This document shows, piece after piece, positions 35,830 to 47,816 of a stretch of DNA of 64,000 nt. The first letter of the stretch is position 1, and each line of letters starts with the position of its first letter. The notes beneath the pieces are model-generated. The model was not told where the DNA came from. It made no database searches and worked only from the letters and a program-made list of their open reading frames with translations. The stretch is from Takakia lepidozioides. Its lineage: Eukaryota; Plantae; Bryophyta. The DNA lies in assembly GCA_030704615.1 (NCBI GenBank), contig CM060732.1, positions 20,646,001-20,710,000 of the forward strand, given 5' to 3'. Position numbers and translations under genes: made by a program.

Positions 35830-38800
35830 AACAGCAGATAAACAATGTGGCTGAATCCAAGAAGAGCAGTGCTATTTTCTGCGCTCAGCATCTTTATCGG
35901 GTTTCATACTCTATTGAACGATCCTGTACATAGCTCAGATTGTACAATGTGTAAAACAACACTCGTCAGACGAAATGAATGCAGAGCGTGGTCAGCTTTA
36001 ACGACACTTGATCCAACAGATGCTTGAAAATTTCGAGACTGTGTTTTGGATGATCTGCTCAACGGTCTGAATTGTCGAAAAGCATTAGATACCAGAAGCT
36101 AGTGTGAATCATGCATGCATCTAAGCATATTGTGTGAATTGTTTTGGACAATGATCAGTTGACAGTAAAGATGCCACTCGTTACAATCTTTTCAATACTA
36201 TGAAAGGTCGTGGGATTGCATCACGTATCAATCATAATTCATTCGGCTGTCAAAAACAATGTCTGAAACGTTTTCAACAGTTTCATAAGAAAATTATGGA
36301 TATCATCGTTATCCAAATTGTTTTACATTTTTTTCAAACTGAAGGCCACCCTGAGATGATTTTGGGTTGAAATCCTCCTGCTACCTTGTCAAGTATGATA
36401 TAATGTTCTCCCCCTTCCCTTGGACGGTGATGAACTTTCTGCTCAGCCCATGGCAATAGTACTTTGAAACAGCTTGTTTTCTCCTCTCAGTACAGCTATA
36501 ATCAAGGGGTTTCATTTGTAGGTCTTTTGACCAGCGGGGGTGGGAGCTGTTGGGAGGTCAAAAGTCGTGAGTAACCCTTTGGAACCAGTCATAGCTTTGT
36601 GCTTTCTGTTTGAGTAGCTCAAGGTTTATGGGTGTGCGTTAGAGACAATCCCAAACAGTTGAACTTGGCAACCAAGTGGCGGAAACGTGAGCTGTCCTTC
36701 ATGGCTGTAACCTCGTCATGTGATGCCTGGTACAAGTATATTACAGTCGGATGGATGATCACCAGTGCAAGCTAGTTGGAAGATTCACTGGGGAAGATAG
36801 AGGATCGATCCACAGTTGTTGAACTTCTGCCTCAACGTCCAGCAACCAAACCTCTGCTCGTCGAAATGCGATAAATACAACTGCTGAACACAATTTCTTT
36901 GAACGTTTGCAGACAAATCTCAAGATCATATACTCAGTAATGCTCTCAACTCCCTCTCTCTTGTAATTCGCCCTCGGTATCACAAAGGCACTATTGATAA
37001 GTAGCTGATTGATGATACATGTTGTTCTTCAATAGGATGGATAGACACACAATGACATCGTAGTAGTCATAGAGAAAGGATAGACTTCTATCAACCCCAG
37101 CCAGATGCTCTGGAACTTATCTTGCCCAACGCTTCATAAGGTAATAGTCCTAGATTATTTCATTGTGGACCAAATATCATGCAAATATACCAATATACCA
37201 CCGGGATGTGCTTTGTAGTGTTGTTGCCTGCCTGAGTAAAGACAGTTTCCGGTTATGAAAATACAGTGCAGAAGTGTACTTGCTGCTCTGTGGATTTTCA
37301 GGGCTTGTGACAATCCCAAATTTACGTTAGATTGTTGAAGATACTTCAAACCGCGTGCAGCTAAATTGGCATGGACCTGAAAGTGTACCACTATGATTTA
37401 CGGATCAACTACAGACTGGAGTCTTTTGGACATTGCTTCGCTTTTGGGACTACACATGTAAACACTGAACAGCTTTTGGAACCCCACATGTAAACACTGA
37501 ACAATCACTATTCCAACCTCAAACAATCACAAATGCTGCATTTCCTGCATCTGTGACCCAGACATGATGACTGACTCCCCACAAGTGGCAGTTTTCTCAC
37601 AATCTCGAACTGCAATAACCACACATCAATGCAGAGCCCACATAGAAGACAAAAAATACATGTTCTTACATCAGATATGCTCCATGGAAGTGTCTCAAAT
37701 TATAAGAGTTTAGCTTGCAACACAACTTGTTTCCAATGATCATACTATTAATTATTAGAACTATCTCTGTACATATGGTACAGAAGCATAAACTCTTCTC
37801 AAGCAGGTTGAAAGCCTAACTCAAAGTCCACTTCCACTCCTAGGGGCCATTGTCCGAGATTCCTCCACCTCCTATCTGTACACATCACCAGGGCAACATA
37901 AGAGGAACAGCATTAGGGAGGGACGCCGGGTTCTATTCCTGCAAGAAACAACATGAATTTTCATCAAATAGCTTGCACCTCATGAAGCACCAGCCACTGC
38001 GCTACCAGGTCAGAATTTGGATATCTACTTTTTAATATTACTACATGCTTTTAGTGAGGCCAACACTCTGCGTCTAGCATTATGCAAGGGCTTGCAACTA
38101 TTGGACTTTCGGCAGCTCTAGAAATGCTGTCATATTCAAAATTTCTCATGGCAAGATGCATGCAGCTTATCTTGAAAACATTTTCAAGTTCTTGCGGATA
38201 TGAAACTGCAGGCACATTATCACAGCTCAAGCAACACCCACTACATTTAGGGAGCTGCCATACAGCCTTGACCACCAATTGATAGAGCCCTGCATCCTCG
38301 CAGACTCTCAGACTTTTCAAGAAACTCTCTTATATCATCTGAAAATTCTGGCTGGGGAATCCAAAAATCCTTCAAGGCGGAAGACACTGATGATTAGAAA
38401 ACACAACGATGATATGACGGGTGTGGGAAAAAAACTTTCCAAGATAGATAAATGATATCATCGGTTCATCGGCTCTATAGCTCCTCTGCATATATTTTCA
38501 CATCTTATACTTTTCAGCATGAAAATGACCTTCAGTCCAACCCAACAATAAACACGAGCAAATTCATAGAAAGCTGCCTCTGCATCATTTGGCTAGACTT
38601 GCATTCCTTGGTTAGAATAGGATCAACAAAGTAGAATCATGTATCTCAAAGCCCAGGCTTTTTTTTCACCTCCCCTCGCCCTTTCTCTACGGAGCAAAGT
38701 TCCATTTCTATTCGATGATCCTACCCCACTGATAGTCCGAGTGTGCGACAGGTCTCCCTAAACTCAAAACAGAGAGAAACATGTTCCTCTTCTGTAGCTC

Positions 38801-39045
38801 TACTGTGAGTAACCACATTGTGGCTAAAGACAAACCTTCAAAAACATTTGCACAAACCATCATACGCAACAGTTCGAAACAGCACCTGGAAAGGGAGGAG
38901 ACTCCATTAACGGCAGGCAGGCAGGCTCCACCGTGTGAGCCTAACTTCTTCCGCTACCCTGTGATGTGATTCAGAGGTGTTCATCCAGAGTACCCCGCTC
39001 ATGACCCTCCCAAAGGTCTCCGTTTGGGGAAGATCCAGATCCACT

Positions 39046-39213
39046 CTACCAGCCATGAGAATGGGTCGCATGAGAGGTCGGCGGAGGTGGTGGGTGGTGG
39101 GCGGCAGGGCCTGCGGGCGCATGGTGTGGGTGGTCGACTGGTGGAGGTGGTGGGCTGTGCTTAATTGGAGGGGGTGATCGCCCTCCACCAAAGCAGTTGA
39201 ATGGGAGACACAT
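39046..39213 (-). CDS. 55-aa His/Pro-rich microprotein with N-terminal Cys pair
   Basis: MCLPFNCFGGGRSPPPIKHSPPPPPVDHPHHAPAGPAAHHPPPPPTSHATHSHGW*. All four Pro codons are used. Candidate 5'-UTR intron 39407-39338 (GTAAG...CTGCAG). Confidence 0.6.
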   Translation of the reverse strand: MCLPFNCFGGGRSPPPIKHSPPPPPVDHPHHAPAGPAAHHPPPPPTSHATHSHGW

Positions 39214-41192
39214 CTATCTCCAAGGATATGAATTCTAGCTTCAAATTTGCAAGAGCTGAGCAGAGAAGAACTCCTAGGTACCCCGAAGAGCTCACTCAAC
39301 ACCAGCTTACTCTTCAGACGGTAAATGAGCAGTCAACCTGCAGAGTGGGACGATGGAGAGCAGATAGGGAGAACATATCCAAGCCAATGCATCCACGTGG
39401 ATCTTACTGTATTTCACACGTGTGATTCGAGGAGAGCGCAGCAACTTCGTCATGATATTTAGGCGCTGATGACAAGACGGGTAAAGATGCGCGAGGAGTT
39501 CGGAGGGAGCTGACTCATCAGTGTGGACTCACATACCCCTCGTTGCTGAATTCAATGAGAGAGGGGATGTGATGGTAACATGATGCTAAAGGACAATTGT
39601 GTTGTAGCCCAGCCCTGTAGCTCTCCAGCACTCAGCCCTACTGCGTATCTCAACTGTTGGATTGTGAATGCAGTACAATGGCGCATGTTTGTCATGTTCG
39701 AATCTCGAGTGGGCTTGTGCAGTGCTTGCCCAAAGCAGTGGGCTATGGGCCAGCGACTGCCACGCATTTTCTTCCTTCCAGCTGGTTGGCATCAAACGTT
39801 GAGGAGAGGAATCGCTTGTCACTCTAGAGAACTTATACTGACTCTACTATATACAGGCCGCCATTAGAAAGTACACCCACATTTTTTTTTCCTTGTGAAA
39901 TTGTAGTTTCACAATGTATTTCCAAAACTTCGTTGTTCCTCAACGATGTTGATGACATGTTCGCTTGAATGTGTTCTCTCTTGCTCCACTGCCGTAAGAG
40001 CTCAGTCGACCATCGCTCGCTCGCTCGCTCTTCGCTGAATCGCTGGTCAGACCTTACTCTTGACCCGATTTTGTTGATGCTAGGTATAGCGATTGTCACT
40101 TCCCTCGCTTCTCTTAAGATCATTACAACACACCTACCATGAGCGTTGAAGTCTTGGGAGAAGTCCACGTGCCCTTGAATCTCTTCCTACCATATCCAAG
40201 GTTCCTCACGGTACTTATGTTACATCTCACATGATCACCAAAGGCCTTTCGTGGCGTGTCTCATGTCAATTATATGAAACATTGGATGCCATGAAGCCAA
40301 CGAAAGCCAGAACAGATCTGTGTCATTTGCATGTTGGCTTTGTTGAGGAGGTATTGAGAACCAATGCCCCCCCCCCCCACATTTCATAGAAACTTCACCA
40401 ACACCCACACTTTGCATTGTACTCAGAGTCCGACCGTGCATGGGTTTTTGTGACTGTCCCAATTGAGACTCTCCGGAACGAATTTGATGTGATCTGTACA
40501 CATAGCTACCCAGTGTGGTCTCATCAGACAACCGCGCCACAATAATAAAAGATTTGCAACCCCCACCAAATATTGCTAGCTGTACACTGAACCTTGACTA
40601 CGATGATGGCAGTGTCAAAACTACCCAAAAGCCAATAATAATAAGAGAGGAGACTACATATTCTCGCAGAGCCATACCCCGCGGGGATATTTCCAGTCGG
40701 ATCCCTACTTCGTGGGCGCGGGGACTCTGATGGAATCACAGCTCCAGATGGGTACTGCTCATGTGTTCAGCTTATGGCGGATCGGATAGGAGGTTGGGGA
40801 CAATGTCAGAGCAGGGAGCAGAAAACATGATGCTCGCACTGCGACTGTGGTAACCAGTCATGCAACCTTCAAGAACAGAAGATCGGGGGAGGATCGATGA
40901 GCATGAACAATTGAGTGAGAAAGGAAGGGAGAGCCACTGGGGTCCGGCAAGGAAATCGAGGGCGAGACAGGGAGGAGGGGAAAGAAGGGGGCCGTTCTGC
41001 CTGAGGGAACAGGCAATCGGTAGGGGACGACTGCTGGGAAGGATCTGTCGGGTACGAAAGTGAAGGGCGAGTGATGAGCGGTGTGTTGGTCTTTGACTAG
41101 ATCATGACGTCGGCGTGGGGAAAGAGGCCCCTTTGAGTCACAGTTGTAATTTGCGTGCATGGGATTGAAGCTGTGACTAGAGAGAGAGAAAG

Positions 41193-44100
41193 ATGGGGTC
41201 AGTGAAGCCATCCGTGCGGTCACGAACCATAGTAGCTCCGACAGGTGCACCGCATTCAAATGGAACTAATGGCTATGGCGGTTTGCAAGAGCAGCTTGCC
41301 GTGTTTGAGACTGATAGTTTTGATGCGGAGGCTTATGTTCAATCTAAATGCCAGTCCATGAGCGAGAAGGTATGCTTTTCTCTCTTTGTCGGTTCCGAAC
41401 ATGACATGATTCATTTGACCTCTCCAGCCATTTGGCTAGATTATCGATCCAGTGAATGGGACGTTTGTTTCTCTCCGCAAGGGCTGGGAGTGTGAACAGC
41501 ATGGTTTCAACTACACTGTGTTGGGAATGGCAGGGTATTCGGAAGTTGTGTGAGGAGCTGATGGACTTGAAGAAAGCATCTGCTGAAGAGATGCGGAAGA
41601 GTGTCTATGCAAACTACGCAGCTTTCATTCGGTGCCTACGCTTTTTCCCCGCTTTCAGTCTTTTAGGTCGACCCTCGATCTGCATATGTTTGTCGAGCTG
41701 CTCTCAAGTATGTCAAGTTGGAGGGTTTCCGAGGTGCATAGTCCCAGAACAGTGTGCATCCTCCCTATGGTTGGGTATCTGTGTAATTGTTTTTTCCCTG
41801 TGGATTGCTGGGGATACACAGGACATCGCGGGAGATATCAGATCTTGAGGGGGAGCTACTGGCAATGCGGAATCTGCTTTCGTCTCAGGCAGCTCTAATC
41901 CACTCTCTGGCAGAGGGCGGAGCTTCCATACCACTGGGGGGCACAGGGGTGTCCCTTGCAGATGAAAATGCGTACCCAGGCGATGATCCAGAGCTGTCAG
42001 AACGAGAAAGACGAGCACAGGCTCTCCCAGATATTCTCGACGTCCTTTTAGCTGAGAGGAAGGTGGAACAAGCACTTGTGATCTTAGATGAAGGGGAGAG
42101 GTTACTGGCTGAGGGACAGACCGAAAATGGTAATGATGGGTGCATGAGTCCTGTGGCAGCTTCACAGTTGCAGGGGGCTTTGTCTGAACGGAGAGCCAGG
42201 CTGGCCGAGCAGCTGGCTGAAGCCATTCAGCAGCCTTCTGTCCGAGGAATGGAGCTTCGATCAGCAATAGCAGCATTAGATAGGCTGGGTGATGGGACAC
42301 GCGCTCACACGCTCTTGTTACATTCTCACCATGAACGGCTTCAGCATAATATACGGGGTCTCCGCCCAAGTGGGACATCACATGGTGGGGCATACACTGC
42401 TGCACTCTCGCAGCTGGTTTTCTCAGCAATTGCTCAGGCAAGAAACTTCTCTTTCCTTCCTGCAGAAGCAGGATTTGCCATAAATCAAGCCATGGCAGAA
42501 AGACCTTGCGGGCAGTCAGGATACATGGCCCAATATGACAAAGTATTTACCCCTAGATATGAATTTTGTGGTGGAAGTCCCAGATTGTTAATTCTGGTAG
42601 GGTCCTTCGCCACTGATCCATGACCTTGACTGAGGCACATTTGTTGCAGTTAGAGCTCATGCTTACATTATTCTTAGTCTCATATCCTTTAACTGCCAAT
42701 GTAAAAACGGTGTCATGTCCTCCGATATATGCACCATCGTAAATCGAGATCTTTGCTGTGGCAACAGTTTGATGCTATGGAAGGTTAAGAGCTTGTGTGT
42801 AAACTCCTTTTCATCTAATGGCAGGCATCAAGGGATTCAGTTGCAGTCTTTGGGGAGGAGCCTGCATACGCATCAGAGCTAGTTCTTTGGGCACGTAATG
42901 AAACGGAGATGTTTGCATTGTTAGTAAAACGGCATGTCCTGTCTTCTTCAGCAGCTGCTGGGGGGCTGCGAGCTGCAGCTGAATGTGTACAGATTGCTTT
43001 GGGACATTGTTCATTGCTAGAAGAACAAGGACTGGCACTGTGCCCAGTTCTGTCAAAGCTCGTGAGGCCAAGTGTGGAGCAGGCATTGGAGGCAAATCTC
43101 ACAAGGATCGAGGAAAGTGTGGCTGCACTGGCAGCAGCGGATGATTGGGTGCTGACTCAACCTCCTCCAATGCCACGTGGCATGATGGGACTTCGGTCGT
43201 CACATGGGTCTGGGATTGGTGGACATGCATCCCATCTTAAACTCTCTAGCAGTGCCCACCGCTTCAACTTTATGGTCCAGGTGTGTGTGCATTTGTCTCT
43301 CCTCTTTTTTTGCCCCCCCTAAGGACTGCTTACCCTGGCAGGGCTAGGGTGCTTCTGTTCCAGTTAGGACTTCCTCGCACACATTGCTGAGCTTTGTTAA
43401 TGAAAAATATGGATGTTGAGAAGGGTGTAGTTTGTAATAACCCAGCCACTGTGTACTAGGCATGGAGAGAACCAAGCCTCAATGTCCCAGTGATCTGAGT
43501 GTGCCCTTTTTCACATTGTTTGCCCGACACACCAACGGAGCATGAATGCCAGTGAAGTATGGACATGACCGAGGGTTTGAGTCAGTCCAAGCAAGGACAT
43601 CTTCTTCCTCTGTTCACTCACGAGGCCAATGGTGTCTGCAGATGGTCCTACCAAAATTAAGTGTGTCAGAAATCCAACTATCCCCCAATGGCTCTTCATC
43701 TCTGGGCAGAGCTTCGCGTTTGATTTGTGTTTGATTTGTGTTTAGGTTTTTTTTAAAGTTCTACTGTCCTATAAGCCCTCTGACCTCAGGGGATGTAAAT
43801 GTTTTTCCTCTTCTCCCGATCTGTTGCACACAAATACCCACACGTACTGGAATGTTGAAGCAGCAGAGAACCCCCACAATCTAGTTGGGAGCTTTTTCTC
43901 AGCCTTTGATGGTCAAATGCAAGTTATGTGGTACCTGAAGGGCATAGCTAATAGGTTGAAGGTCAAGGTGGTACCCAGCTGGGGAAATGAATCCCACTTT
44001 GTGGGGATGATGGCGACGTTACTGTGAGGTTTCTGATGGAGTATGATGGATATTAGATGACCTCTCCAAAAGTATCAAGAAGACGTGGTAAACAGCTTTG

Positions 44101-46887
44101 GTGATCGCACCAAAGTTGATCCCATGGTGAATAAATATCCTTTGGAAATCTTGGCGGGGAGAACTCCATTTCCAGAACTAGGAATCACTATTGGATTGAG
44201 CCTTCTGTGACCCCTATTCTACTCTCCTGTTCCCTCCTTCATTCCCTCTTAATTTCTTACCTATTCAAACTGTGCAGTGTCTATGCAGCAAGGTTAGAGC
44301 AAGCAAATTCCTCTTTCCCCGAGTCTGCATATAAGCGTACCTGGGCTGGGAGTTTGCTACTGTGGTATGCTAGACTCTTGTACAACTTTGATTTCAGCTT
44401 TTGTGCAGGACTTCTTGGAGGATGTGGTGCCCCTGATAAGCATGCAACTTGGAGGACCTACTCTTGATGGCCTTTCGATGCTGTTTGACCAATACATTGA
44501 TATGCTCATCAAGGCCTTGCCCAGCCCAGGAGAGGATGAGGAGATGGGAGCAGAAAATGGAGATGACCGGAAGGCAAGTACAGTGAACAACACCGGAAGT
44601 AGTGGAAATCGATTCTGCAAGTTTATTGCATTTCAGCTTTAGGGCAAGTGCTACAGAAAGATTTCCTATGCAGTGTGCACATTCTCGCTGTAGATGTTGT
44701 GGTTTGTTTTTTGAAAGCCAGGCCTGAATAGTGAAGCAACTTACAACTGGTTCAGGTACGAATTGCCACAACAGAGGCCCAACAGCTGGCTCTCCTTGGA
44801 AATGCTGCTGCACTGGCTGACGAGCTCTTGCCTCGTGTGGCCTCTAAGCTGGTGCCAGGTGGTCTGCAAGCATTGGTAGGTGACATGCGGTCAGGAACTC
44901 GTCGTGGCAGTACTGAGAAAGGCCAAGGGGCGACAATGGCAGCTCGTTTCCCAGAGCTAAAGGATTGGCGGCGTCGGCTGCAGCGGGGAGTGGACAGACT
45001 CCGAGATCATTTCTGCAGACAGCATGTTCTAGAGTTGATTTACTATGCTGATGATGCAGAAGCCCAGCTGAGCCCAGAGACATATTTAGATCTTGATAAC
45101 AATGGTCCCTTGTGGCACCAAGATCCCATGCCTTCTCCAATTTTTCAGGTTTGTTTGGGTTCTGTCTATGGTGCTGTATCCAGCTTTGGTCTGTGCTGCT
45201 TATTTTTTTGATAAATTTTGTCATCCTCTCCCTTCTCCCTTCTCTGTTTTTGGAAAGGTTGTAAACTTTGTCCGTTAATGCAAGAAACTTGTTGGGTTGG
45301 CAGGCATTGTTCAACAAGTTGACCTCCCTACAGCAAACCGCAGCAGAGGTTTTACCTGGAAGGGAGCGGGTGGTCATGTATTTGCTAATGCGCCTCACAG
45401 AGACTCTTATTATCTGGTTGTCGGATGATCATGACTTTTGGGATGCAATTGAGGAGGGTCCAAAGAGCCTCGGTGCTATTGGTCTGCAGCAAGTACGTCT
45501 TAAGCCTTACTTTTTGCATAGAACAAATGCAGATAAGACTCGCCCTTAGTCTAGAGAGAAATGAAATGAAATGGTATTTTATAACGTCTGTGGGAAGCTC
45601 AAAGAGCTTATGGACAAGAGGAAGAAAGAAACAAGAAAGAGAGAAGGGCCACAAAGAGCCCAAAAGCAACTAAAGCTCAAAGGGTTGTCAAAGTGTCAGT
45701 GCTTCATGCACGTATTCCTGTTCCTCATAATGGAAGACCTCCGTGAGAGTTCACTTTCAATCTCCACCTTCAGTCTCCATCCTCAGACTGTGGGAGACCA
45801 CCCTGAACCTCCCCAATACCCTTAGTAGGGAGATAGAGCTGCAGACAGGTAATCAGGCTGCAAGATCCTTTGTGCTCGAAAAAGTTGGACACCCAAGCAT
45901 ACTAAGAGTGCTTGAAACCAGCTGTTTTGAGCCTGACAGATGTTGTGAGCTGTCAACCCTTCGAGTGAAAGGGCTTGTAACCTTGTAAGAAAGATTGTAA
46001 GGGGGAAGATGGCCTTGGTTTGAAGTGGGACGCATGCAAATTCCACACATAGATCAGAGACAAAGGCAAAACAAAAAATAATTCCTTCTGTCCACAGGGT
46101 CATGCAAGAAGGACTACAAAATACACAAACAAAAATATAATGCCAAAGGTTGCTTTAAGAGAGGTAGATGTTACTGGAGGATCTAAGATTTGCCCACCAA
46201 TGTGGTTTGGCAGTTTGTGTTGGATGTGCAATTTGTGATCCAAGTGGCACTCAATGGGCGGTATTCATCAAGGCAAATGCGCCAAGTGGTGGCTGATATA
46301 ACAGCACGTGCTATTAATGCTTATGCTGCTACAGGGGCCGATCCTAACAGGTCCACATTCTTTCATCTGAATTGCATTTGTGTCAGAGGGTTAGTATTTG
46401 TTGTGCTGCTATGATCTCAGCCATCCATGGTTATGCATTGGATGAAGTGCTTCAGCAACATGATCTACATATGGCTTCAAACGGTGGTTCGGAGTTTCTG
46501 ATGCACCTGTGATGGCTAAAGGCAGAATGGAGGTGGCACATAATGCTACAGCTCAATGCCCATAAAGCAGCTTAAGTAGACCATATCCTGGAAACTGGTT
46601 TTACATACTACTATCGAGGACTAGCAGAGCCTAACCAACCAAGTGCCAAGAACACCTCAGACAGATTGGGTAGTGCTTCTTTGGTGGTAATTTGCTAAAT
46701 ATCTCAAGTCTGATTCTGTGTTGTGGGCAGTGTCTTGCCTGAAGACGACTGGTTTTTGGCCACTGCCCAGGAGAACCTCCGGAGGCTTCTGGAAAGCTGG
46801 AACCGACAAGGCCCTGGGGGTGAGCACATTAGCAGCCCCACAGCTTCAATCTCCGCACACTCTGTTTCATCGATGCGCAGTGAATAG
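41193..46887 (+). CDS. EXO84: Exocyst complex component EXO84 (EXO84b-like), 9 exons
   Basis: FDAEAYVQSKCQSMSEK/GIRKLCEELMDLKKASAEEMRKSVYANYAAFIR; LRPSGTSHGGAYTAALSQLVFSAIAQ; LKLSSSAHRFNFMVQ; PMPSPIFQ; VLPEDDWF. Exons ~41193-41369, 41534-41631, 41822-42437, 42825-43280, 44410-44573, 44756-45148, 45304-45492, 46214-46350, 46731-46887. Confidence 0.95.
45558..45900 (-). mobile_element. L1-type LINE 3' fragment with (CATTT)n tail in EXO84 intron
   Basis: GAAATGAAATGAAATGGTATTTTATAACGTC...AAGCTCAAAGAGCTTATGGACAAG, plus homology to 29145-29200. Confidence 0.6.
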
Positions 46888-47816
46888 ATTAGGGGTCACT
46901 TTGCAGTAGAGAATGCACGTGTGTTTTGAATGTTTGCCATCATTCTCTTGTTCTTCACATTGAAAGATGTGACCGGTGCAGCAGAGTTTCCAAATTTGTA
47001 TAGAATCTCTTTTCTGTCAGAAACATTCAGCCAGTAGTGCAACTTTGAGATCAGCATGTATCCTTTCTCTCCATTCGCAGTTAGGTGCACTGTTCTCTGT
47101 ATTGATTCACTGCGCACTCAGAAGGGATGATCATTTTGTTTCTAGAAACATCATACAAATATTTCAAGGTCTCCTCATAAGATCTAGAAAGAAAGGCAAC
47201 CATTAGTACTGAGTTCACTTTGTGAGGCCTGCTAAGAGTTCAACCCGTTGTGGCTGAATGCATGTTTTGAATTCAAGAACACTAGTTTTGGTGTTCTCAT
47301 GTCTATAATTGGGTTTACCAGGAGAATTCAACTCCTTGATTTTTCAACCACCTTCACATGTGGTCGCTCACCACCTCACCACGACCAATCCACCCTGTCT
47401 CTGAAGGGAGCTGAGTGTAGAAATTAATCGAAGAGATTCGAAGACTTCCTAACTTCAAAAACAACTCCTAGGATGTATGCTGCTGGCTTCATTTGGTCTG
47501 CTACTGTCATATGCAAGAAAGGTATAGTCAGTGCCAGATTGTGGAAGCTGGATGCCTTTCAGAGGGACAGTAGGTGATGTGTAAGGCATGGATTTTATCA
47601 CCGCCTAACTCTTTGCGGGTACAAGCATCCGTTGTGTTCCTCTATATAACATGTCCGTCCCTCAACAAGATTGCTGGTAGCAGTCTCTAAATTTATCTCA
47701 CGGTTTGTCGGAATTGAACAACGTCGTTTGGATCAGTCTTTCTAATAGACACGATCTGTACTCTCTTTACTTCATTGGGGTCTCCTCTCGCTCACACAAA
47801 CAGGTGATCTAGTCTC

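Noticed and set aside
38907-39302. 131-aa minus-strand ORF from the track
   Set aside because: Non-ATG start; it is the alternate frame of the 55-aa Pro/His ORF, which shows the codon pattern of the real frame.
41713-42441. 242-aa minus-strand ORF (likewise 44844-45398 and 16926-17471)
   Set aside because: Antisense shadows of real exons.
47395-47415. miR159/319-like sequence TGAAGGGAGCT
   Set aside because: Only a partial core match and no fold-back partner visible.
47473-47521. Alternative first exon for the Nudix gene (MYAAGFIW...)
   Set aside because: Phase-compatible but lacks targeting features; 47817-48123 fits better. It cannot be excluded without RNA data.
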